Shown here: in pieces, positions 18,752-29,560 of the stretch
Layout: every line of letters begins with the position of its first letter
Position numbering within the stretch: the stretch's first letter is position 1
IMG/VR virus record: IMGVR_UViG_3300036466_000234
Span: 1 to 63,439 of that record
Origin: a virus
Lineage: Duplodnaviria; Caudoviricetes
Length of the DNA: 63,439 nt
Reading direction: 5' to 3' (one strand)
Position numbers and translations under genes: made by a program
Notes under the pieces: generated by a model
Told to the model about the DNA's origin: nothing
The model's database searches: none
The model's input: the letters and a program-made list of their open reading frames with translations, nothing else

Positions 18752-19036
18752 CTACTCCCCTCCTAGCACTTTCTTGACTTTTAGCACATGCTCTCTTTTG
18801 TTGTTTAACTCCATCTTTCTATCTACCCATTCACTTCTAGATTTATTTATTGAATCTTCTATTTCTATAATTTTCAATTCATTCCTTCTTTGATTAGCTT
18901 CGTATAACTCTTCCTCTTTATTAATGGTTTTCAATAATTTCCCATTCATTTTATCAAAGGCTCGTTCTAACCTAATTATACTTCTAGCTAATAAATCTAA
19001 TTGCATATTCTCAATCCATAGTTTTAATCTATTCAT
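18752..19036 (-). CDS. Coiled-coil hypothetical protein
   Basis: ORF overlapping the upstream stop; start MNRLK. Confidence 0.5.
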   Translation of the reverse strand: MNRLKLWIENMQLDLLARSIIRLERAFDKMNGKLLKTINKEEELYEANQRRNELKIIEIEDSINKSRSEWVDRKMELNNKREHVLKVKKVLGGE

Positions 19037-19331
19037 ACACAATCCCTTCCACAGTATCATATATAACCTCTTGATCTGTAATATCGTACTTAGGGTCATT
19101 GTTATGCAATTCCATTATCATAACCTCTAATGCCTCTGCCATAATACTATTCATTCTATTCTTTATCATATCTATATCGTTATTACCATTGCCAAATCTA
19201 CAGACAAGCTCTCTTATGTTCCCCTCTATGCAGACTTCTAAATCTTCCATTAAATCCAAGTCCATTTCTATACCATTGTATTTTAATACGTGATGAAGTC
19301 TACCCTTCTTAACTATATCTCTTGCATCCAT
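19029..19331 (-). CDS. Hypothetical protein
   Basis: ORF with AAGGAG RBS. Confidence 0.55.
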   Translation of the reverse strand: MDARDIVKKGRLHHVLKYNGIEMDLDLMEDLEVCIEGNIRELVCRFGNGNNDIDMIKNRMNSIMAEALEVMIMELHNNDPKYDITDQEVIYDTVEGIVYE

Positions 19332-19388
19332 ATACTCTCCTTAATTTAATTTTATTGTGGTGGGAATTGCACCCACCTATGTTCTCAA

Positions 19389-20326
19389 CTATTCGCACCT
19401 CGAAAAACCACATTGGCACGACCAACATCCACCTTGAGGCATTAGCTCTGCACCACACTCTGGACAAGTAGTTTTGGATATTGGTACAGCAATTTTATCC
19501 AAATTGTTTTCAGCATCTACATTTTTTACTATAATAGTATTATCTGAATTATTTTTTAATTCATCTTCTGTTTTTATAATCTCCTTAACCATAGCAGATG
19601 GACAATTTCTACCTTCTGAAACTTGAACACCTCTAAGTCTAGCTCCGTAATAACTGGCACAAGTATCAATGCCATCAATAGTTTTTTGCACTTCTCTTAT
19701 ATCCCCACCAACTCTAAGTATCTGAGAAATCAATATAAGTTGAGATGTAATATTTTTTTGACACCCACCATTCATTTTAGCTATATTATAAACGTCTACT
19801 ATTTTATTCTCGGAAGGTGAAAATCCTATAAATAAATGCGTAGTTCCACATCCATGTGTTATTTTTCTTTTCACATAAAATGTATCGCTTGGTATTTCAG
19901 ACATCATAACTTTAGACGTTTTTTCTTTTTTATCGGAATCTCCAAATAATATTTGTGATCTATTACATCCATCTCTAAATATTGTAATTCCTTTTAGTCC
20001 TTTTTCCCACGCATATAGATATAATTGCTCGACCTCTTCTTGCCTTATTTCATTTTTTAAATTGACGGTTGATGAGATGGCTGTGTCTGTATGTTTTTGA
20101 ATAATAGATTGTATATCAACCCTATCTTTCCAGTCTATATCCATAGCTGTTATGAAATACGGTGGTAATTTGTCTGTTTTATTAATCTCCATATACTCTT
20201 TTGCCGACTCTATAAATACTTTATATTCTACTTCTTTATCTTTATGTAGAGATTCAGTTTTTCTATTATATGAAATCATAAATGCAGGCTCTATCCCATT
20301 TGTAACATTTAATAAAGTTCCGATTG
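19389..20326 (-). CDS. nrdJ: Class II (B12-dependent) ribonucleotide reductase, exon 2
   Basis: After splicing reads APSG|SIGTLLNVTNGIEPAF; DTAISSTVN, KGLKGITIFRDG, C-terminal CPECG...CWSCQCG. Confidence 0.92.
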
Positions 20327-21319
20327 CATATGTTCACCTAGACTCGCAACTTTCTAAGCAGTTCTCTTATGAACTTCTATATGTTTCCATATAGTTCAGA
20401 CTATATCTTCTAAGACTTGCGTTTCCCTTTAATTAAAAGTTAATTAAACCCATAAGCTTGGCGGTACTTCTCGCGTGTGCGAACCTTAGTCGTTGAAATA
20501 CATATCTAATCTTTTGTTTCTCAATTCTTCTATCCACTGTTCAGCTTCTTTATATACAGTAAAAGTTTTACTATATTGTACTCCTTTGATGCTAATGCAT
20601 GCTCTGATTTTTCCACTTTTAGTATCATATATATTTTTTGACTTTTTAACATGTTCTTTATTCACAGCTTGCATTAAATCAGTCGCCCATCTTACATTAT
20701 TAATACAGTAATTGCCATTATTATCTATTCTATCCAAACTGTACTTTCCAACTGGCTTTGGATTTTCATCATACCAAGCACAAGCTTCTTCTAAAGTCCA
20801 TTCACATTTTATTCCTCTTCCGCCATATCTTTTATAATTTGAATCGGTATCGTTATTACACCTTTTATATCCACCGAGCCAAGTTACATACATTGGATGA
20901 TTAGTTAAATTATGTTTTGATAATAATGTCTTATTTCTATATACCAACATTTCCGATATATTGCAACCGCAAGATTTAGTATGACCAGTTTTTAATTTAT
21001 TTTGATCTACTATTGTTTCTTTTCCACATTCACAAGAGCATACAACATAATATCTTTTTCTTTTTATTTCATATTTAAATCCAATAACAGTGAGTTTTCC
21101 AAATTTTTTACCGATTAGTTTTTCTCTTTTTAGTTTAGCACTTTCAGAACTCATTATAATTCCTCCAAGTGGCTACACTATTTAGATATGCATCTGCTGA
21201 TTGCCCAATTCTATATATTTTAAAACATTCACGCTTACCATTTCTAGTTACGTTGTAGTTATATAGACTCTAAGGGTATTCCAGCAATTAACAAGTTTTA
21301 TAGTGAGCCAATATATTTA
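20327..21319 (-). mobile_element. Group I intron in nrdJ (993 nt)
   Basis: 5' exon ends AGTGGGT and pairs with IGS GCTCACT (U-G at the splice site); R/S elements CAACGACTAAG and AAGATATAGTCTG; terminal G; splicing restores the frame. Confidence 0.92.
20486..21154 (-). CDS. Intron-encoded HNH-type homing endonuclease with AP2-like C-terminus
   Basis: GKKFGKLTV..CSCECG..TKSCGC, YGGRGI, SLDRIDNNGNYCINNVRWAT. Confidence 0.9.
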   Translation of the reverse strand: MSSESAKLKREKLIGKKFGKLTVIGFKYEIKRKRYYVVCSCECGKETIVDQNKLKTGHTKSCGCNISEMLVYRNKTLLSKHNLTNHPMYVTWLGGYKRCNNDTDSNYKRYGGRGIKCEWTLEEACAWYDENPKPVGKYSLDRIDNNGNYCINNVRWATDLMQAVNKEHVKKSKNIYDTKSGKIRACISIKGVQYSKTFTVYKEAEQWIEELRNKRLDMYFND

Positions 21320-22634
21320 ACCCACTTGGAGCAACCGATAGTAATGAGCAATTTCTAAGCCCATTTACTTTCAAAATCTCTATTTCATTTTCATCAAAAT
21401 GATATTTAATTATATCAGAATCTAATACCTCACTCCTATATTTTGGGAAAGACCCATATTCTTTAGCTAATTCGTTACTAGAGAAAATCGCTTCTCTAAA
21501 CATAATATCCATAATTTCCCCTGTTATAGATTTAGATTCTATGCTACCATACTTTATACCTAATTTGAAAAACATATCCCCTAACCCCATAATGCCCAAT
21601 CCAGTATTTCTATAATTCATGGCTACATCTCTTTGTTCTTGTAGGGCGTGCAAGTTCATGCCATCCGTTATTACACTATCTAAACCTCTTATTGCAATCC
21701 TAACAGACTTTTTAAACTCTTCATAATTGAATTTTGCATCACTTGTGAATGGTTTATCTATAAACACAGATAAATTAATTGAGCCTAAATTGCAAGCTCC
21801 ATCTTTAGGTAATGGCTGTTCCCCGCATGGGTTCCCTGTAATTATTTCATATTCGTCTATATATTGCATAAGATTATAATTTCTAAATCTTTCAATATAT
21901 ATAATCCCTGGTTCAGCGTTATCCCACGCCATATACATCATTTTCTTATAAATAGCTATTGGGTCTACTGTATAATTAATCACTTCGCCATTTTCACATA
22001 CAAATTCATTATGTATGGTTGTATATCCTTCTCCATTATAATATTTTTTTATGCTATTCATAAATCTATCATCCACTTCAACTGACAAATTAGCTTTATT
22101 TATTTTGTTTGAATCGGACTTAACATTGATAAATTCTTCAATTTCTTTATGCCACACATCTAGCGATAACATCAAAGCTCCCTTTCTTGAGCCACCTTGA
22201 GATATAGAGGAAGTCACTTGATTAAATACTTCCATAAAAGGTATTATTCCATCAGATGTAAACCCATGTTTGCCAACAGGAGAGCCTTTAGGTCTAACCT
22301 TAGACATTGATATACCTTGTCCACCTTCTGACTTATACGTTAACGCAATTCTTTTAGACAGCTCTAGCATCCCCTCTACTGAATCTGGTGCATATCCACT
22401 ACTATAGCAATTAGAAAATGATGAATTATTCCCAGTTCCTCTATTGCTAAGAGTTCTACCGCCAAATAAAAACTTCTTTTCCTCTATCAACCTACTAACT
22501 TCTTTATCTCCGCCAGACACTCTTTCTAACCACTCATTAAAACTCTCACCATTAAACCTATATTTATTATTCCAAATATCATAACTTAATTGATTTCCAT
22601 TCAACCAATCCATTGCTTTTTGTTCTACCATCAA
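21320..22634 (-). CDS. nrdJ: Class II ribonucleotide reductase, exon 1
   Basis: FLFGGR, SNCY, GGQG, QGGSRKGA, NPCGEQPL thiyl-radical motif, ACNLGSINL. Confidence 0.93.
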
Positions 22635-22664
22635 TTCCTCCTTAGCTGTTATTTAATATAGCTT

Positions 22665-22693
22665 ATTATAACATATTACATTAATTTTGTCAA
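22665..22693 (-). promoter_or_regulatory. Sigma70-type promoter TTGACA-17-TATAAT upstream of nrdJ
   Basis: Perfect consensus with TG extension. Confidence 0.7.
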
Positions 22694-23686
22694 ACACTTT
22701 TTAAGTAATTCATTAAACACATTCTCACCTAAATCTACAGGCGAACACTTACTGCCTTTCTTCAAATATTCATTCTTCTTGTCATATAACATATAAACAT
22801 CCACACTTGGCAACCACTCTTTAATTTTAGATGCTGTATTGACATAATGCAGATATTCAACACCTTCATCAAAAGCTAATACAATCTTCTTCACACCACA
22901 ACCCTTTAATAACATGAGTTGTTCTTTTTTCATAGCAGAACATCCTAATGACACTGCATTTCTAACATTAAAACTAGCACATTGCATTGTGGATTTCTCT
23001 GCCTCAAACACAAATACTATCCCATCGTGCCTTATATTGAATTGATTTTCATATAATCCAAATAGGAAATTACCTTTGCTAAATTGTAATAAACTAATAT
23101 ACTTATATTTATAGTCATCACTAAAATCATAATTCGATCTAGCGTTGCAACCTACTACATTTCCCTCTAAGTCTTTCCACAATATGACAATCCTATCTGT
23201 ATTTTTATCATATCTAATATCAAATTCATGTTGGGTAAATATATTGATTCCCTCTTGCCTAAATGTTGTAGATATGATAGGCGTGAATCTTTCTATCTCC
23301 CTCTGCGTATATATTTTCTCTCCACGCAATTCATCTATGTGACCAAATAATCCATTGAATATCTCAGATTGCTTTTTTACATCAATTTTAGTCATGCTAC
23401 ACATTTCATCTGATATTCCTAAATAACACCTTAACTCAGACAAGACTTCTTTGAAAGATAGCCCTGTCTTGAGCATTATGGCTGTAATTATATCACCCGA
23501 ATCACCTGTAGACCACCTGTTGAAGTGTAGCGTCTCTGTGTTGAGTTTACAACTGCCTGTGGATTCATCATCGAAAGCAAACGACAGATATTCACTTCCA
23601 GAGAAATTGCAGAATCCATATTTTTCTAGTAATTCTATTATCAATTCTTTATTATTGCTCAATTTCATCTTAACAATATCTGCCAT
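22676..23686 (-). CDS. dnaG: DNA primase (Toprim)
   Basis: VVGCNAR, LFGLYEN, VFEAEKS, VLAFDEG; adjacent to the helicase. Confidence 0.82.
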   Translation of the reverse strand: MADIVKMKLSNNKELIIELLEKYGFCNFSGSEYLSFAFDDESTGSCKLNTETLHFNRWSTGDSGDIITAIMLKTGLSFKEVLSELRCYLGISDEMCSMTKIDVKKQSEIFNGLFGHIDELRGEKIYTQREIERFTPIISTTFRQEGINIFTQHEFDIRYDKNTDRIVILWKDLEGNVVGCNARSNYDFSDDYKYKYISLLQFSKGNFLFGLYENQFNIRHDGIVFVFEAEKSTMQCASFNVRNAVSLGCSAMKKEQLMLLKGCGVKKIVLAFDEGVEYLHYVNTASKIKEWLPSVDVYMLYDKKNEYLKKGSKCSPVDLGENVFNELLKKCLTKLM

Positions 23687-23695
23687 TTACCCTCC

Positions 23696-26197
23696 TTAGT
23701 CTGAATGTATTCCACACTGCCCTACCTCTTTTAATAATCCCCATGTATAATTCATTTCATATAGCACAGCAACGCTCTTCTCCCCATACCTACTCTTAGC
23801 GATGTTCATAACTAGATATTTCTTAGTTGGGTCTAATGTAATATACTCTTGATGATACCCCTTCCCATCATCATTCAGTTTCCACTTATAAGGCTTAACG
23901 TCATATTTTTCACCTGTATATTCGTTGTCATATAACTGTCTACAAGCTAAGATAATGTCTAATACCTCTGCAATAGATTTAGCCTCAGATAGAATCGACT
24001 CATCCAATCCTCTCTTCTGCACTTCCTTATGCCTAAGGGCTGTTTGATATGTAGCGAAGCAATTTATATCCAATGTCCTGCAAGTTTCATATATCCTTCT
24101 AGAACTGTCTATCAACTCTCCTCTAACATTATCACTAGATGGGTTCTCGGATTTGTACGTGTCTAGAAATACGTGCCTAACCCCTCTGTAAGCATATCTA
24201 CGCACTATAGATAAGAACTCACTAACTGTATACTTATTAGCCTTTTTGAATAATATTTTATCTTTATAATGCTCATCAATATATTGCCTAGCTTTTTCTA
24301 TCATAATTTCCTGTTCGGGACTAAATTCTCCCTTAGATAAATCATTTCTGTTCAACTTCCAATAATTAAATTTTAAACATAGCGTTCTGACTAGTAGAAG
24401 CTCTTGTATTTGATGCTCTTCTGATTCATTACAATATAATAGCACAGGTTCACCTAAATCAACAAAACTCATGGCTATTTGATTAAACATTATGGTAGAA
24501 TTATGAGTTACAATAAAGTCATCTGTAATGTATAATCCACTAGGATTTGTTGTTTCTATACATTGCATTTCTACATCGTACCCTAGATCAATTATCTCTT
24601 TAAAATGATGCCTTTGCTCTAAATATTTATTGGATTCTTTATATCTACTTGTATGTTTTGGACTAGTAAAAAATCTATCTTGTCCAGCAACATGCTTTAT
24701 TGATATATTATAACATACACCCGATGTGTATTTTTTACTTCTAGGGTCAACTCCATATTTAACACTATACCCCAAACTTCTACATAACCATATCATATCA
24801 TCTTTTAATCTAGTTGATGTTGTTGTATACATTAGATTCGATATAGTTTTGCTTGCACACCCATCGCAATCAAACAAACCTCTCAATAATTCTAATCTAT
24901 CTTCCTTGCTTGCATATAAATATTCTTTAGGGATAAATTTATCATAACTCTTTACTTTTAATCCCATTGCTTTAATATGCTGATTTAATATATTTTTATT
25001 TCTTAAATGATCGTTATGTTTTATAGAATACCTATAATTGTCACCTTTTTGTTTTTTTACATGGTAATCTTCGGGTATTAAACTTTTAACTTTATTTACT
25101 ATATATTCTTCATCGGTACTAAAAGTCACTGTATTGCCACTTAGATGCCCATCTGCTATTAATACTCCTAATAGATATGGAGGAATAGGCAACTCTTTCT
25201 TGTCAAATTCAATAGGGTTATTTTTCTGTATATATCTATTCGTATACTTAATATTCATTATATCCCTTAATTCACGAGTTTGATATTTTTTACGTTTACT
25301 ATCGCTTACATTCCACAGATGTTTATCATTGCATATAGTTTCCGCTCCATCTGAGAATTTAACTTTAAATGCCCTTAGCCTCCCCTGTGGCATTATGTTT
25401 TTAACTTTATATAACTTACCGTCTTCACCATATATCTCAGTTCCAACTTTTAACTCCCTCATCTCTTTGAAGCCATCTCTAGTTAAAACTTTTGCATCTA
25501 ATGGTTGTGCTTTTCCAGAGTTAGTTACTGATGTCAACAGGGAAAAGTTACTCATGTGCAATCCTAGAGTTGTATTAGAAATCATCCTTAGTCCATCATA
25601 TGGAGTTCCCAATTTTTTCTTTTCTCTTAAATCTTGCAGAAACTGATCGGTAATGGATATGGATTGCACGCCTGTATCCGACACATTATTCTTTCTGATC
25701 TCATTAACTTTGAAGTCAACATATGAAGATAATTCGTCTTGGCTCATAATTACTGACATATTCTCCAACTTCTCTTGCAACTCTATTGTCAATTTATATG
25801 TATCTAGTGCAGAATTGCTTGTAGAAAAGTCTGACAGATATGTATTGAAGTTTGTAGGATTAATCTCTTTCTCTAAATTCTTAATGGTTTGATACCCATT
25901 GCATTTAATAAACTCCCCTCTTAGTATTTGTGAGTTAGACAATACCGTATCTATAATAGATAAATCTACCTCACTAGCACCTTTTTCATACACTTTATGC
26001 AATACTTCGAATAAAACCTTGCCCTCATCTGTAAGCATACTACTAGCCTTGATTCCCGAACAATTTAGAAATAGAGATAAATCACTAGCCAAACAACCTA
26101 TCAATTTACCTTCTATATTAGCTCTGTTGGAAGTTAAATTTTCGGGATATGTTTTTAACTCCCCCTTTGTTGTTATGAAATTATAACTCATTCGCAC
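23696..26197 (-). CDS. dnaB: Replicative DnaB-like helicase containing an intein
   Basis: Walker A TNSGK|ST split by the intein; Walker B VFLDT, TYQ, IAKSRYGE. Confidence 0.88.
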   Translation of the reverse strand: MRMSYNFITTKGELKTYPENLTSNRANIEGKLIGCLASDLSLFLNCSGIKASSMLTDEGKVLFEVLHKVYEKGASEVDLSIIDTVLSNSQILRGEFIKCNGYQTIKNLEKEINPTNFNTYLSDFSTSNSALDTYKLTIELQEKLENMSVIMSQDELSSYVDFKVNEIRKNNVSDTGVQSISITDQFLQDLREKKKLGTPYDGLRMISNTTLGLHMSNFSLLTSVTNSGKAQPLDAKVLTRDGFKEMRELKVGTEIYGEDGKLYKVKNIMPQGRLRAFKVKFSDGAETICNDKHLWNVSDSKRKKYQTRELRDIMNIKYTNRYIQKNNPIEFDKKELPIPPYLLGVLIADGHLSGNTVTFSTDEEYIVNKVKSLIPEDYHVKKQKGDNYRYSIKHNDHLRNKNILNQHIKAMGLKVKSYDKFIPKEYLYASKEDRLELLRGLFDCDGCASKTISNLMYTTTSTRLKDDMIWLCRSLGYSVKYGVDPRSKKYTSGVCYNISIKHVAGQDRFFTSPKHTSRYKESNKYLEQRHHFKEIIDLGYDVEMQCIETTNPSGLYITDDFIVTHNSTIMFNQIAMSFVDLGEPVLLYCNESEEHQIQELLLVRTLCLKFNYWKLNRNDLSKGEFSPEQEIMIEKARQYIDEHYKDKILFKKANKYTVSEFLSIVRRYAYRGVRHVFLDTYKSENPSSDNVRGELIDSSRRIYETCRTLDINCFATYQTALRHKEVQKRGLDESILSEAKSIAEVLDIILACRQLYDNEYTGEKYDVKPYKWKLNDDGKGYHQEYITLDPTKKYLVMNIAKSRYGEKSVAVLYEMNYTWGLLKEVGQCGIHSD
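24500..25510 (-). mobile_element. 337-aa intein with LAGLIDADG endonuclease; Ala start, class 3 signature
   Basis: AQPLDAKVLT...CNDKHLW...YLLGVLIADG...LLRGLFDCDG...EMQCIE...VTHN|S. Confidence 0.93.
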
Positions 26198-26895
26198 TCA
26201 CCTTTATATATGAATAATTTTTCTACACCTTTTTTAGCACCTGTGTTTTTAGTCAAGCTACTAACTATTTCTTTTTGCCACACACATTCAAAATCATCGG
26301 GTGCATTATATTCACTTATGAACACTTGATGGCCTTCTTTGGACTTAACTCTGCACCACTCCCAAAACTCATCATGGTTAAAGCTATCTTTGTATTTAGT
26401 AGTATTGGCATATGGTGGATCGCAATATATAATAGAATTATTAGGGATGTCTAATTCGTTATATTCACTATGAACAAATTCTACACCTTGTAATAATTCG
26501 GATTGTTTTGTGGCACTTCTGTAAGCCTCTGCTACATAATCTCTCTTCCCTTTTTTATCTCTACGCCATCCACCAAACCATTTCCCTCCATAAGACAAAG
26601 CAAATCCATAATATCCTTTTAATGCCTTATTATTACTATTTTTAGCAAATTTATATTCTAATTCATTAGTTTCAGTATTATCTTTAGGAATGATTGTAAT
26701 ATTATCCCTAATCAATTTTAACGCCTCTATTAAATATTCATTACAATCAGCACCTATTCTATTTTCTTCAACCTTATCAATCATATTAGCACCACCAACA
26801 AAAGGTTCTACATACCATTGACCTTCTTTTCTATCTTTTAATATAATCGGTAAAATATGTCTTGCTATTCTATTCTTACTCCCCATGTATTTCAC
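26188..26895 (-). CDS. Dam-like N6-adenine DNA methyltransferase
   Basis: YMGSK, EPFVGG, YCDPPY, FISEY. Confidence 0.9.
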   Translation of the reverse strand: MKYMGSKNRIARHILPIILKDRKEGQWYVEPFVGGANMIDKVEENRIGADCNEYLIEALKLIRDNITIIPKDNTETNELEYKFAKNSNNKALKGYYGFALSYGGKWFGGWRRDKKGKRDYVAEAYRSATKQSELLQGVEFVHSEYNELDIPNNSIIYCDPPYANTTKYKDSFNHDEFWEWCRVKSKEGHQVFISEYNAPDDFECVWQKEIVSSLTKNTGAKKGVEKLFIYKGECE

Positions 26896-27410
26896 TCAAT
26901 CTCCCCCATTTTTCTTAATATCTCACTTATATCACTTTTACCTCTTCTCTTTACATATGGCATAGAATATTCAACATTTTCATTATATTCCACATTCTTA
27001 TTTTTCTTATTATTCCTCATCATCTTAACACCATCATCAACGTGCCTATCTAGGACAGCAATGGCATATTTGATTCTATCATTCCCATTAATAATACAAT
27101 TCTCGTCTATTAAATCCATTATTAATTTCATGCAAGATTTAATTGTGTTATATAATACCTCATTACTACCATATTTATTAACAATTTTTTTATTCAAGCT
27201 ATTAATCAGTATAGTAGATTGGGTTGATAATTTCTTTAATCCGCTAATATCTAACATTAAATCCATTGTGAGTGTCTTATAGCCATTCTCAGCCATTACA
27301 ACCTCATACTCCGACTCATTACAGTAGTAAGAGTTCCTGCCTTTCTCTACGACCTTATAAGCCTCGTCACGTTCTATTTTCTCTCCACAAGCTCTACATT
27401 TTACTTTCAT
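26892..27410 (-). CDS. Hypothetical Zn-finger protein
   Basis: CRACG...YYCN N-terminus. Confidence 0.55.
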   Translation of the reverse strand: MKVKCRACGEKIERDEAYKVVEKGRNSYYCNESEYEVVMAENGYKTLTMDLMLDISGLKKLSTQSTILINSLNKKIVNKYGSNEVLYNTIKSCMKLIMDLIDENCIINGNDRIKYAIAVLDRHVDDGVKMMRNNKKNKNVEYNENVEYSMPYVKRRGKSDISEILRKMGEIE

Positions 27411-27427
27411 TTAACACCTCCGAAAGT

Positions 27428-27456
27428 ATTATAACATAATTATTGTGTTATGTCAA
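27428..27456 (-). promoter_or_regulatory. Sigma70-type promoter TTGACA-17-TATAAT
   Basis: Perfect consensus with TG extension. Confidence 0.75.
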
Positions 27457-27497
27457 TTTTTTAGTAAAAGAAAGAGAGGTTTTTACACCTCTCATCT

Positions 27498-27710
27498 TTA
27501 GTTTAATAATACATTCTCAGACTTATTCATGATGTTTAAATATTCTCCCAATTCTAAATATAATTTAGATATGGCTATGCAACTATCGTGAGTATAAGTG
27601 TCTTCGAATTCCTCAATTTGAACTATCACGTCCTCAACTCTACTACTCAATTCACTTTCACTTAACATTTCCATGTCAACTATTTCTAATTGTACAAGCT
27701 TAGTTTCCAT
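27498..27710 (-). CDS. Hypothetical protein
   Basis: ORF overlapping the upstream stop. Confidence 0.5.
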   Translation of the reverse strand: METKLVQLEIVDMEMLSESELSSRVEDVIVQIEEFEDTYTHDSCIAISKLYLELGEYLNIMNKSENVLLN

Positions 27711-28848
27711 TCACATCATATCCTAGATATGTCATAATTTGACCTATAGTTCCCATATCAGAAGCCTTAATTGCCTCTTGGTATGATGGTTTTAAATCAT
27801 TTAACCATTGCACAGCAGAATCATCCATTCTAGTTATGCTAGACTCTATCCAAGCAATCAGCTTAGACTTGATAATATTATCCTCAGACTGAGCATCTTC
27901 TTGCTTTAGTGACTCGATCTTAACTTCTTCTTTCTTTTTATGCTCTGTAATTTGTTCAACCTTCTTTGCTTCTAATACTACGTCATCTTTTATCCCCGAT
28001 GCAGATTTGACTGCTTTCTTAAATATATTAATAAATATCTCTGCTGTTTCATTGGCACTACTTCCTGCCTTAAACTCATTCGGAACATCTTGAAATCTAG
28101 CCTTTGCCCCCTTAAATTCTTCGTCATTTCTAAGTTTAATAACTCTATCTCCAACCACTTCTTGTTTATTAATTATAGTTCTTTCAAGTGCATATGCCAA
28201 TGAGAAATCGCAATCATCCAATATAACAGAATCAAAACCTTCTCCTGTCGCAGAGCCTACATATGAATATTCTTCCCCTGTAGTTCTAGTTTTCTTTTGT
28301 TTAGTTCTAGAGTGAGAAATATAATATGGTATAAAACCTGCATTTCTAAGCTTATCTATAATGTCTTCAGTTAGCATGGCTTTGAGTTTAGAGTGTCCAG
28401 CTCCATAGCCTCCATATGTGGCATTAAAGTTCTTCCGAACGCCTGTTTCGTTAAGGTGAATATTCTCAACTTCCTTCATTCCATACTTCTCTAGTCTAGT
28501 AGTCGTATCTATTCCTACTATTTTAATAGGAAAGTTAGGGTCTTGCTTTTTAGCCATAACTAAAGTGTCTACAGCTTGTTTAACTTCTTTCCAACTTGTA
28601 AGAGTGTCTTTCTTTAGACCCGTTTTTGGATCGGTTAATTTAAATATATTCAACCCATTTAGAGAAGTATATCCTAATTCTAATGGTAATAATATTCCTA
28701 TGTTTTTATTTCCTGTTTCTTTTGCAAACTCTGTAACCAATGAATGGAACAGAGAAGTCTTTCCAACTCCCGCCTCACCCATTATCCTAATTGAGTAGTC
28801 AAACAAATCTAGCGATGTTTCATTTGTCTCCATAAAATCAAATTGCAT
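27700..28848 (-). CDS. AAA-family ATPase (Sak4/AAA_24-like recombination protein)
   Basis: GEAGVGKT, ELGY, IVGIDT, GGYGAG, ISHS, AKARF. Confidence 0.8.
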   Translation of the reverse strand: MQFDFMETNETSLDLFDYSIRIMGEAGVGKTSLFHSLVTEFAKETGNKNIGILLPLELGYTSLNGLNIFKLTDPKTGLKKDTLTSWKEVKQAVDTLVMAKKQDPNFPIKIVGIDTTTRLEKYGMKEVENIHLNETGVRKNFNATYGGYGAGHSKLKAMLTEDIIDKLRNAGFIPYYISHSRTKQKKTRTTGEEYSYVGSATGEGFDSVILDDCDFSLAYALERTIINKQEVVGDRVIKLRNDEEFKGAKARFQDVPNEFKAGSSANETAEIFINIFKKAVKSASGIKDDVVLEAKKVEQITEHKKKEEVKIESLKQEDAQSEDNIIKSKLIAWIESSITRMDDSAVQWLNDLKPSYQEAIKASDMGTIGQIMTYLGYDVNGN

Positions 28849-28875
28849 TGTATCATCTCCCTTTATATATATTAA

Positions 28876-29488
28876 TTATGATTTGTGTGCTTCTAATTTT
28901 CCATTCTTATATCTAACATATTTTTTTATTTCGTTATTATTATTTATAATAAAACCTTCAACCTTTCTTTGCTCTGAATCACAATACCATTCATATATTT
29001 CATCTAATTCTTTTACATTAGGATACTGCTCTAATTCTCCTATGATAGTAACCATATTCATATATGATGGAAATACTTGCTCTGTAAAAGCATATTTAAG
29101 AAACTCTGTTTTATATACTATATTAAAAATCTCTATATCATCATTTATTCTAGCCTTTGCAAATACATGAAATCTATTTTCGAGATTAGGATATCCTATC
29201 TTACCCATACCTATCCATTCACCAAACACTCCACTATTTTCATATAACTGTGATAATAAATCTTCTCTATTTTCTGTTAGCCATCCATATAATCCTTTAT
29301 ATAATTCCTTAGAATTTAAAGTTTGAATTTCATCAAAGTAAAAATAATAATTCCTTTGTGCTACTAGCAATCTTCCATTATGATTAAAGAATCCTAAATT
29401 AGAACCATCTAATTTTTCAGTTAATATAATTTTACTTTTTTCTTTTTGCTATTCTTTTAGTTTTTGGATATAATGTTTTTTTATTCAT
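28876..29488 (-). pseudogene. Rnl2-like RNA ligase with a +1 frameshift near 29440
   Basis: MNKKTLYPKTKRIA in one frame; KIILTEKLDGSN (motif I) continues in the next frame into FGEW...VEGFII...KYV. Confidence 0.75.
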
Positions 29489-29560
29489 TCATTCCTCCCC
29501 TTATATATTAGTGTTACATTTGAGGATTAGACGAATCTAACCCCCCATATCTAATACTAA

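Noticed and set aside
29430-29448. A AAA AAG as a programmed -1 frameshift in the RNA ligase
   Set aside because: The -1 frame hits a stop within a few codons; the ligase continues in the +1 frame.
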